64,000 bases of DNA from an uncultured virus (IMG/VR IMGVR_UViG_3300033149_002562) (taxonomy: Duplodnaviria > Heunggongvirae > Uroviricota > Caudoviricetes), in IMG/VR virus record IMGVR_UViG_3300033149_002562, one strand, 5' to 3'. A program made the translations under genes and the position numbers. Under the pieces are notes generated by a model. That model was given only the letters and a program-made list of their open reading frames with translations. It searched no databases and was not told the origin of the DNA. Positions within the stretch are counted from its first letter, which is position 1. Each line of letters starts with the position of its first letter. Shown here in pieces: positions 56,756-64,000 of this stretch.

Positions 56756-58972
56756 TTACGCACCACCCGGAAGCGGTAGCGGCCCGGTGTCCATCACCGG
56801 TAGGCTAGTGCAGCGGCAGAAACATCGTTCTTGCGCCGGTAGCGAGTAATGACCTGGGTACGGAGCGGGATACCCCCCCACGTCAAAGTCCTGCGAAATG
56901 GGGATGGGGGGGCTGGCGTGCAGCCCCGCGTGAGTGTCTCGCGTGTAGCTGTCAAGCACGGCCTCCCACCGCTTGTGCGTCGCCACGCCGCTTGACTCCA
57001 ACTCCAACAATTGAGCGTGACCGCCAGCGTTCCAAGCTGCCGTAGACTCCGTGCGAGCTATGTTCATCAGACGAAACGTCGCGGTATCACCGCCGAATAT
57101 GTCGTCGATCCGCGTGCCAAGCTGATAGCTGTTCTCGCCAGCCAGCAGCCCCTCACTAAGGCTATCGACCATCGCCTGCCTTGTCGTCTGCTGAATCTCG
57201 CCCCAGTACGGGCGGCTCAAAATCGTCTGTATCTCGGCCAGGATGGCGTCAATCACGTATTGCGGGAGCTGCGGCTGCTTGAGCCACGGTGTCGCTGAGC
57301 GATCTGTAAACGCGGCCATCTGTACGGCCCCAAGTACAGCGGTCTCGACCATCACTGGGCGGAGCGCCGTAGCCCACCGCTCCGTCCAAGTCTCAGTTGG
57401 GAACACGGCATCGACCAGGCTTGACGCGTCGCGGCCCGTGGCCGACCGCAGACGATCCTTCACGTCGTCGCGCTGCTCGTCAAACAGCCGCTGAAGCACG
57501 CGGAGCATTGCCCGCTCCCGCTCGCCGTGTGATTTGAGCCAGACGGATTGCGTGTACGCCAGCCCCTTTGTCTTCGATTGAGCCGACTTGTCGCCGCCAG
57601 TCCGAACTGGCTGCGGCATGACGTTCGCCGGAGTGAAGATCAGGTCACCGCCAGAATCCAGGTCCGGTAATCCAGCGAGCGATGGGATAATGTCACGAAT
57701 CTCCTGTCGGCTTACGGCCGCGTATTTCGCAGCCATGCTTAGCTCGGAGATAGTCGTCAACCGGTCGTCGGGCTCGTAACTGTCCATCCACACGACCAGC
57801 CGCTCGCCGGGTCGCGCGAAATGCGGCGCGACGAACTTCGACATCATCTGCGACAACAATTCGACCTTCGGATTCACACAGAAGTCTGCAAAATGCTTGC
57901 GGGCCTCAGCGGCGCTCGCTCGATTCAGCCCTTCGATCTCGCCGATCACTGCCGGGTTCGTGCCGTAACCCTGAGTGATCCGAGCCTTCGTTGTGCGACC
58001 AGAATCGAGCCAATCCATTTCTCGCATCGTTCGCGTGATAGGCTTCGCGTCCCGAACGAGACGATCAAAGATCAGCGGGTGATTCGCGTTGTCAACGCTC
58101 CCGTACCACTGCATGATCCCGTCGTAAATCTCCTGCCGCTGCTCCTTTTCGAGTAGGGGCAGCTCTCCCTCCTCGCCTTCGCCAGATATGTCGCCGATGT
58201 AGATGCCAAGGCCAGGAAAAATGCCCTGACTGAATCCCTTGTGCTGCGCCTTCTGGATCGCCTCGTCCGAGAGAATTGCACGACTCTGAGCTTGGGTCGG
58301 GCCGTAGGCCGACAACGGATTGCGAGGATCGACATAATAGAAGGGCGCGACCTCCTCGGGCGGCCGCTCGATTGGTGCGCCAGCTCCGCCTGGCGTAATA
58401 AGCCAGGAAGCGAAAGCCTTGTCCGCCGTATGCCTAGCTGTTACCCACGATGGCGGTAGCGGCCAAATCACTTGCCGCCCGTCGACTTTCGTTATCCACC
58501 AGTACGCCCACCCGCTCAACTCCAATGAGGTGACGGTGAAGCAGAACAAATGCCAGCCGACCTGCATCGGGTTCGGGTCCGCCAGAGCGTCAAGTAACGG
58601 ATGCGATTCGTACACCTCAACGTTGTCGCTGACCGCCTTGACCAGTCCTGGCGCACGGCGATGCTCCGCCTTGGTCATCGGACGGCTAGCGGTCCCAGCG
58701 GACCGCTTGGTTGGCGTGGAACGCAACCGCCCGACGTGGATGGGCAGCCCAGCTATCGTCTGTGCAATCGGGCGAATCGAGGCGTAGGGCCAGCCGGAGT
58801 AGTGTGCTAGCTGGTCCCGATCAGCGCCGCCGCTGCCGAATATCGACGGAGACGCGCCCGTGTAGACATGGGGCATCGCGGCCTCAGCCCCCACCTCGGC
58901 CTTCGCGGCAAGTTGAATCGCCATGCTGCGAGACCGGGCAGCCGTGTGGCAATCCACTAACATTGTGCTCAT
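56756..58972 (-). CDS. portal protein fused to a Mu gpF-like minor head domain
   Basis: LELSGWAYW, WPLPPSWV, YG.NPAVIG; C-terminal IARTES...KRW...DSYTRDTH...FCRC. Confidence 0.88.
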   Translation of the reverse strand: MSTMLVDCHTAARSRSMAIQLAAKAEVGAEAAMPHVYTGASPSIFGSGGADRDQLAHYSGWPYASIRPIAQTIAGLPIHVGRLRSTPTKRSAGTASRPMTKAEHRRAPGLVKAVSDNVEVYESHPLLDALADPNPMQVGWHLFCFTVTSLELSGWAYWWITKVDGRQVIWPLPPSWVTARHTADKAFASWLITPGGAGAPIERPPEEVAPFYYVDPRNPLSAYGPTQAQSRAILSDEAIQKAQHKGFSQGIFPGLGIYIGDISGEGEEGELPLLEKEQRQEIYDGIMQWYGSVDNANHPLIFDRLVRDAKPITRTMREMDWLDSGRTTKARITQGYGTNPAVIGEIEGLNRASAAEARKHFADFCVNPKVELLSQMMSKFVAPHFARPGERLVVWMDSYEPDDRLTTISELSMAAKYAAVSRQEIRDIIPSLAGLPDLDSGGDLIFTPANVMPQPVRTGGDKSAQSKTKGLAYTQSVWLKSHGERERAMLRVLQRLFDEQRDDVKDRLRSATGRDASSLVDAVFPTETWTERWATALRPVMVETAVLGAVQMAAFTDRSATPWLKQPQLPQYVIDAILAEIQTILSRPYWGEIQQTTRQAMVDSLSEGLLAGENSYQLGTRIDDIFGGDTATFRLMNIARTESTAAWNAGGHAQLLELESSGVATHKRWEAVLDSYTRDTHAGLHASPPIPISQDFDVGGYPAPYPGHYSLPAQERCFCRCTSLPVMDTGPLPLPGGA

Positions 58973-59298
58973 CGTCGCCCCTCCCTTCGCGGTACTGCTT
59001 GTGCGATAGCCGTCGCACGAGCGAATAACGCCTCGTGTGCCTCGTAGCTCGCTAACACGGCTTGCCTCGCGGCAGCCTCAATCTCCAACTGGCCGCGCGC
59101 CGACTCAGCCGCGGCCTCGGCCTGCTCCGCCCGATACGTCAGCGTGCGGACCTGATCAGTCAGCAGATCGACTTCGCGGCGGAGCGCCGAGTGTGCCGCG
59201 CGGGCTCGGGCACCGCCGACGAGTCGCAACGACCACGCCAGGCTAACCGACGCCCATCTCCGAAGGGTTCTCATACCCGAGACAATAGCACGCTGCAC
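58969..59298 (-). CDS. coiled-coil hypothetical protein
   Basis: Between terL and portal; ATGA overlap. Confidence 0.5.
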   Translation of the reverse strand: MQRAIVSGMRTLRRWASVSLAWSLRLVGGARARAAHSALRREVDLLTDQVRTLTYRAEQAEAAAESARGQLEIEAAARQAVLASYEAHEALFARATAIAQAVPRREGRR

Positions 59299-59329
59299 GA
59301 GCTATTGCAAGCTCGATATCGGTCAATCG

Positions 59330-61120
59330 CTAAGCGCGACGAATCAACGGCCCTGCCCCAAATAGCCGCTCCGCAAGCGATTCTCTCCCCGCCTCCCGCC
59401 TTGCCTTCGCCTGCTTTTCAGTCTCGCCCGACGTGTAGATCAACGGGCGACCAGCCACCATGCCGTGGCGTCGCATCCGCCACAGAGCCAGGCAGAGCGC
59501 GTCGCTGCGGTCAGGCGAGTGACCGAGCATCTGCCGAAGGTTCATACCGCCTTTCTGCCCAGCCCGCTGGTCCTTGGGCGGCAGGTACATCCGCCCCTCA
59601 CCGTCCGTCAATCGAGGGATGCGAGATAGCTCGTCGATGAGCGCTTGCACCTCGGATCGCAGTCCGGCGTGGTCCGGTAAGGTGAACGCCCGTTGCCATC
59701 GCCGCCTACCGTCCGCCGTCTCAGCCGACACCCATCGCGTTGCCTCACGCGGCCCATTGGGATTCGACGAATCGACCAACTCCAAACCAGGATCGATCCA
59801 TCGGGCGGCTTCGCCGTACAGCGCGGCTCGCAGATTCTGGTATCGGCCTTTCAGCTTCGCGGGTAGCTTGCCGCCGAACCGCAATCCGCCGATACTCTTC
59901 AACTCTTTGCGAAGCGGGGCGACAATTGCGGACAACCCGCTCCCCGCCAAGTCCACCAATACGTTACGCCACGGCACATCCCATCGCTCTTGCATCTCGC
60001 GAGTGATATCCAGCAGCCTGCTCGTTTGCGGGATACCGTCCGAGTCCCGAGGGATGCCAGCACCGCTCAGCATCCGAATGTCAAGCAGCCCGATCCGATC
60101 CACCACCACCCAGGCGGCGTTGTCCGCCCCGCCCTCGAACGAGTCAATCCCCATGAATCGCGGGCACGACTTGCGAAACTCGGCGTCTACCATCGAGTGA
60201 GCCTCACGGGCGAACCGGAGCCACGCCTCGGGTACTATCACCTCCTCCTCTGTCCCTTGCGGCAGCACGCCATGCAGGCACGCCGACACCCAAAACGGCG
60301 GCTGCTCTTCTAACCGATGACAGTAGCTCGGATAGGTCATCAGCCCAGGTAGTACTGGCTGCGGACACGGGCCCTTGCGGCCCGCCTTGTCCCACGCGAG
60401 CCCCAATGCAACGTTCGGCGTGCGGCGGCCGTCAATCCGAATCACGCGGCGACGATATTTGCCCGGTCTAAACTCGTCCGGTAACGACGGCGAGCGGATG
60501 ATGTCGGCGTAATACCCCGATAGCTTCAGCGGATTGCCGATGCAAAGGATGCGATGGGCTAGCCCTTCAATCGCACGGCACCGCTCTGAATCCACGCCGC
60601 TGCTTTCGTCGATCACGACCAGCACAGATGGGTTGTCCTCGTCGCCTGGCAGGTGCGTGCCCATCATGTTCTCGACTTGCGTGACCGAGGCGAAACGAAT
60701 CCAGTCGTCCTCGTAAGGCTTGCCGTCCGCCCCGATGCGACGGATAAGCAGGTGCTTTTTGTCCAGCCCGAGCGGGATTGCCGTCGTCCGCAACGCACGA
60801 CCGAACTCCCCCCATATCGCCTGCTTTATCTGCCCGAGTGACGTAGACGTGACGACCACCTTGCACGGGAACCGGGTGCAATAGAACCACAACGCGGCCC
60901 GGGCCGCGATCCAGTCCTTGCCCGATTCGACGCACGACGACACCGCCGTCAAGTAGTTGTCGCGCACGGACAACAGAATGTCCCGCTGGCCCTCCCAGTA
61001 GCGAATGCCAGGCCACACGGCCGCCAGAAACGCTTCGGGATCGTCTCGCCAACGCTTTAGAATTGCTTGCGGAGCTGGGTCATTCTGCCGCGTCGCTGAC
61101 GAGTCATTTGCCACCTCCAT
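59330..61120 (-). CDS. terL: terminase large subunit
   Basis: SCVESGKD Walker A-like, VVIDESSGV Walker B, IGNP, GID, SPDRSDAL. Confidence 0.88.
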   Translation of the reverse strand: MEVANDSSATRQNDPAPQAILKRWRDDPEAFLAAVWPGIRYWEGQRDILLSVRDNYLTAVSSCVESGKDWIAARAALWFYCTRFPCKVVVTSTSLGQIKQAIWGEFGRALRTTAIPLGLDKKHLLIRRIGADGKPYEDDWIRFASVTQVENMMGTHLPGDEDNPSVLVVIDESSGVDSERCRAIEGLAHRILCIGNPLKLSGYYADIIRSPSLPDEFRPGKYRRRVIRIDGRRTPNVALGLAWDKAGRKGPCPQPVLPGLMTYPSYCHRLEEQPPFWVSACLHGVLPQGTEEEVIVPEAWLRFAREAHSMVDAEFRKSCPRFMGIDSFEGGADNAAWVVVDRIGLLDIRMLSGAGIPRDSDGIPQTSRLLDITREMQERWDVPWRNVLVDLAGSGLSAIVAPLRKELKSIGGLRFGGKLPAKLKGRYQNLRAALYGEAARWIDPGLELVDSSNPNGPREATRWVSAETADGRRRWQRAFTLPDHAGLRSEVQALIDELSRIPRLTDGEGRMYLPPKDQRAGQKGGMNLRQMLGHSPDRSDALCLALWRMRRHGMVAGRPLIYTSGETEKQAKARREAGRESLAERLFGAGPLIRRA

Positions 61121-61787
61121 CCGTCTGCTCCTGCTCGCCATTCTTGCCGTTCGGCCCAGGTAGCCGAGGTGTGCCGTCCGGCCCACGCACCATCTCGGTG
61201 CCGTCCGCCGACAGCACGACTGGTAGATTCTCGGGCCTCGCGGCCTCCTGCGCTACCTGGATCAAGTTGAATACGGTCGTCTGCCCACCCTCGGGCTGAC
61301 GCCCTCCCTCCGGTTCTCTATGCAGACCGTACAACTTGTCGTGCTCCGCTAACGCGAGCCGAGCCTCACTCAGATAGCGGGGGTCGCCCAATCGCTCGAT
61401 CAGCTCCGTGCGAGTCTTCGTCACCGGCCACTTGTCCGGCGGCAGTCCCTCCACGGCCTCCCGCTCCTGGATCACCTTGCGAGCGGGCTCTTTTGACCGC
61501 TCGTACTCTTTCCAACACTCCTCGACAATCTTGCGCAGTTCGGCCGCCGCTTGTGCCCGAGCCAATTCGACCTTCGCTGGCACGGCGTGACGCCACGCGG
61601 CCATCGCCTGAGAGAAATACCGCTTGACGCTCCGCAGACTGACGCCAAGCTGCCGAGCGATCTGCGTATCGCTCATGCCGTAGTCGCGCCGAAGATGCAC
61701 CGCCTCCGCCACCCTGGCCTCGCGTTGCGCCATCGCATGACGCACGGATGGCGGCAATCGACTCGATCTTTTGGGATACGACGGCAC
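61104..61787 (-). CDS. terminase small subunit-like HTH protein (start uncertain)
   Basis: SDTQIARQLGVSLRSV HTH, GDPRYL...KLYGL; overlaps the terL start. Confidence 0.7.
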   Translation of the reverse strand: MPSYPKRSSRLPPSVRHAMAQREARVAEAVHLRRDYGMSDTQIARQLGVSLRSVKRYFSQAMAAWRHAVPAKVELARAQAAAELRKIVEECWKEYERSKEPARKVIQEREAVEGLPPDKWPVTKTRTELIERLGDPRYLSEARLALAEHDKLYGLHREPEGGRQPEGGQTTVFNLIQVAQEAARPENLPVVLSADGTEMVRGPDGTPRLPGPNGKNGEQEQTDGGGK

Positions 61788-61880
61788 AGTTAGTACCACC
61801 CACAAGCGGGGGAAATGCCTGAATCTTACCTGGATTCTAGCGGACTGACCCAGGTATGAGCAACGGCTGCTAGCCTCGCA

Positions 61881-61933
61881 GGCATATTCTTTTAATATGC
61901 CAATGACGTAACTCCCTTGCCACAAAAGAGTTA
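61881..61933. promoter_or_regulatory. operator-like palindrome (copy 3) plus TAACTC-N13-GAGTTA site
   Basis: GGCATATT-CTTTT-AATATGCC (61881-61901), TAACTC-N13-GAGTTA (61909-61933); TATAAT at 61974-61979. Confidence 0.7.
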
Positions 61934-62030
61934 TGTCAAGGCGATTTGCGGTCAATTGCCTGCGAGAATCGGTTATAATAGGGAGCGTAGTCGGTAATTT
62001 GACGCTCTTTTTCGATCAGGAGAACGTGCG

Positions 62031-62441
62031 ATGAGTGAAAGTCAGAACGCGGCGGCCTCGGCGGCAACCTGTCCTGAATGCGGAGCGGGTCTGGTGAATA
62101 TCGTGACCGGGGCCGTCTGCCCGAACGGTCACGCGGGGCTGCACCCGCATGTATCGGCGGAGGACAATCGACGGGCGAAGTGGTCGCTCCGAGTCGCCGC
62201 CTTGCCCGCAGCAGCAACGCTGGGCGAATTGCGGGCAACTGCAGTAAAAGACACCGGTTTCGTCGATAGCTGCATCTACGTCGTCATGGGCGAGCCTGGC
62301 GTATTTCGACGTGTGCGAAGATTCAAGTCTTCGCTGCACCCGGCAGACGGCAACCTGCTGGCGAAAATGGATGATACCGTAGTCGAATTGACCCCGTGGG
62401 AGTGGGCGAACACGACGCTCCGTGAGGCGATGAGAGGTTAG
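62031..62441 (+). CDS. hypothetical protein with N-terminal zinc ribbon
   Basis: CPEC...CPNGH; AGGAG RBS. Confidence 0.65.
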   Translation: MSESQNAAASAATCPECGAGLVNIVTGAVCPNGHAGLHPHVSAEDNRRAKWSLRVAALPAAATLGELRATAVKDTGFVDSCIYVVMGEPGVFRRVRRFKSSLHPADGNLLAKMDDTVVELTPWEWANTTLREAMRG

Positions 62442-62444
62442 GCC

Positions 62445-62669
62445 ATGGAGCGTTACAGATTATTTCAGGGCAAGCTGCGCCCGCACCCGAAAGGCGAGTG
62501 GGTCGCTGCGGCTGATGCCGAGCAATTGTGCCAACGAATCTCGCGGCTCGATTACGCACTCACGTTGGTTTGTACCTCCGCCTGGCCACATGGACTACCA
62601 CCAGCACAGCCAGGCGAAACGCTGAAGCAATACATACTCCGTATCGCAGGAGAGACCGATGCCGATTGA
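62445..62669 (+). CDS. hypothetical protein
   Basis: Packed ORF with PKGEWV motif. Confidence 0.6.
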   Translation: MERYRLFQGKLRPHPKGEWVAAADAEQLCQRISRLDYALTLVCTSAWPHGLPPAQPGETLKQYILRIAGETDAD

Positions 62670-63069
62670 CCTGACAACCTGCGACCCAGCCGAGCTGGAG
62701 CCCAGCGCCGAACTCGACCAGTTTCTCGCCGAACGGGTCATGGGCTGGCGGCAACGAGACGGGCGGTGGGAGGACAGTCGCCGTGGCTTGACGGGCTTTC
62801 GCGTTAGACACGGCGACGATCTTCACCCGGACGCCTGGCAGCCGTCGCTCAATCCCGCACACGCTCTCCTGCTACTGTGGGCTGCCAGAGAGACCACGTT
62901 GCGGCAGACGACGCGATACGTCTACGTGCAGTTGCTTGTCAAGGTGAACGAGTGCGCCGCGCAATGGTATGAGGGAAAAGCCACACACGACGATACGCCG
63001 CGGGGAAAGAGCAATGCAATGGCATTAGCTATATGTCGAGCGTGGGTAACGGCGCTCAGAGGCTCCTAG
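62659..63069 (+). CDS. phage protein (BC1872/ABA-sandwich-like)
   Basis: ELDQFLAERVMGW...WQPS.N.AHA...ALAICRA. Confidence 0.65.
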   Translation: MPIDLTTCDPAELEPSAELDQFLAERVMGWRQRDGRWEDSRRGLTGFRVRHGDDLHPDAWQPSLNPAHALLLLWAARETTLRQTTRYVYVQLLVKVNECAAQWYEGKATHDDTPRGKSNAMALAICRAWVTALRGS

Positions 63070-63080
63070 CCGACGCCAGA

Positions 63081-63151
63081 GAGTCCGTAGCCCAGCGGTT
63101 AGAGCAAGAGACTTATAATCCCTTGGCGGGGGGTGACTCCCTCCTGGCCTA
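63081..63151 (+). pseudogene. degenerate tRNA-Ile(UAU)-like sequence
   Basis: D-arm GTAGCCCAGCGGTTAGAGCA, anticodon loop CTTATAA; T-loop lacks TTCGA and the acceptor stem pairs poorly. Confidence 0.6.
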
Positions 63152-63211
63152 CTTACCGTGTAATGGCATTATTGACCGTATCTACGGCCGCACAAGCAAT
63201 AAGAAACAAAG

Positions 63212-63475
63212 ATGGGATTAACCGCTAGCTGCGTCGATTGCGGGGCCGAGTTACGGCCCTACGACGACTGGGACGCACAGCCGTGCCGAAAGTGTTTGAT
63301 CGAGGAGATCGAACAGCTCAAACGGGCTGTCTCTCTGGCCGTGGGCCTGCTGCACAACAGAAACAGACTGACCTGGAGTCCCGACGGCTGGTGGATCGAC
63401 CGCAAGTGCTACAGCGCCGACATGGAAGAGAGTCTGCTGCAAGCCGCTAGGATGCAAGAGGAACAAGATGGCTAA
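63212..63475 (+). CDS. hypothetical protein
   Basis: CVDC...CRKC then coiled coil. Confidence 0.55.
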   Translation: MGLTASCVDCGAELRPYDDWDAQPCRKCLIEEIEQLKRAVSLAVGLLHNRNRLTWSPDGWWIDRKCYSADMEESLLQAARMQEEQDG

Positions 63476-63854
63476 GTGCTTACGATGCGGTGCTGGCCCA
63501 GAGTGGATCAAGGGTTGTGCGCCGTCGGTCGCGCGGGACGAAGAGATTGCCGATCTCCGCGCGGAGATCGAGCGGCTTCGCAAGCGGCTGGCGACGTTAG
63601 AGGCTGGCGCGAACGACTGGGCCGATCAGGCGGCGCAGCGGATCGTGCGGTTGTGCGACCAGGTGCTCGATGAGAGCCCCGAGGGCTGGTCGGCCACTCC
63701 GAGTGTGGAGCGGGTCGCCGAGATAATCCGCGAAGCGGCACAACCGCGAATCGGCGATATAGAACAGGCTATCCAGAAGCTCCGAGACGCGGGCCTTAGT
63801 GCCTGGGACGAGATCGACGATCCAGACGAATACATCCGGGACATGCGATCCTGA
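63468..63854 (+). CDS. hypothetical protein
   Basis: CLRC plus coiled coil; overlaps the previous gene. Confidence 0.6.
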   Translation: MAKCLRCGAGPEWIKGCAPSVARDEEIADLRAEIERLRKRLATLEAGANDWADQAAQRIVRLCDQVLDESPEGWSATPSVERVAEIIREAAQPRIGDIEQAIQKLRDAGLSAWDEIDDPDEYIRDMRS

Positions 63855-64000
63855 AAGTTGCTGGATCGGTTACACTTTACGACCGGGCGCTTGAAGGCGA
63901 GGATGCAGAGCCATGACTAGGCGATTTACCTTAGATGAGGTACTGGACTGGAATATATGCACGATATACGAACCGGAGAAGGTGTCTCGCCTCTTCGGGA

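Overview
The window is 64 kb of a high-GC tailed (siphovirus-like) phage or prophage genome; no integrase, DNA polymerase or classical endolysin was recognised in it. Layout: (1) 1-5.7 kb, leftward small genes, many of them repeat/solenoid proteins, most preceded by a conserved hairpin motif; (2) 5.7-10.5 kb, an Xre regulator, two ParB-like genes and a GGA-NN pentamer array; (3) 10.5-22 kb, rightward: ParB-like gene, SF2 helicase, Cas4/RecB-like nuclease, RecT, then a Cas7/RAMP-like gene directly followed by a second GGA-NN array and a partner gene, then glycosyl-/methyltransferases; (4) 22-61.8 kb, leftward late region: terminase, portal, protease, capsid, head-tail and tail genes, tape measure, and about 12 kb of glycosyl-, methyl- and sulfotransferases plus a radical SAM gene; (5) small rightward genes and a decayed tRNA-Ile(UAU). 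The main result is a candidate RNA-guided system: a solo Cas7-like RAMP plus two arrays with 14 complete units, each 10-13 GGA-NN pentamers separated by a 9-nt GGCCGTARY delimiter. It resembles VIPR-type systems as I recall them but uses GGA rather than GGY. All protein calls come from motif reading only; no database search was run.
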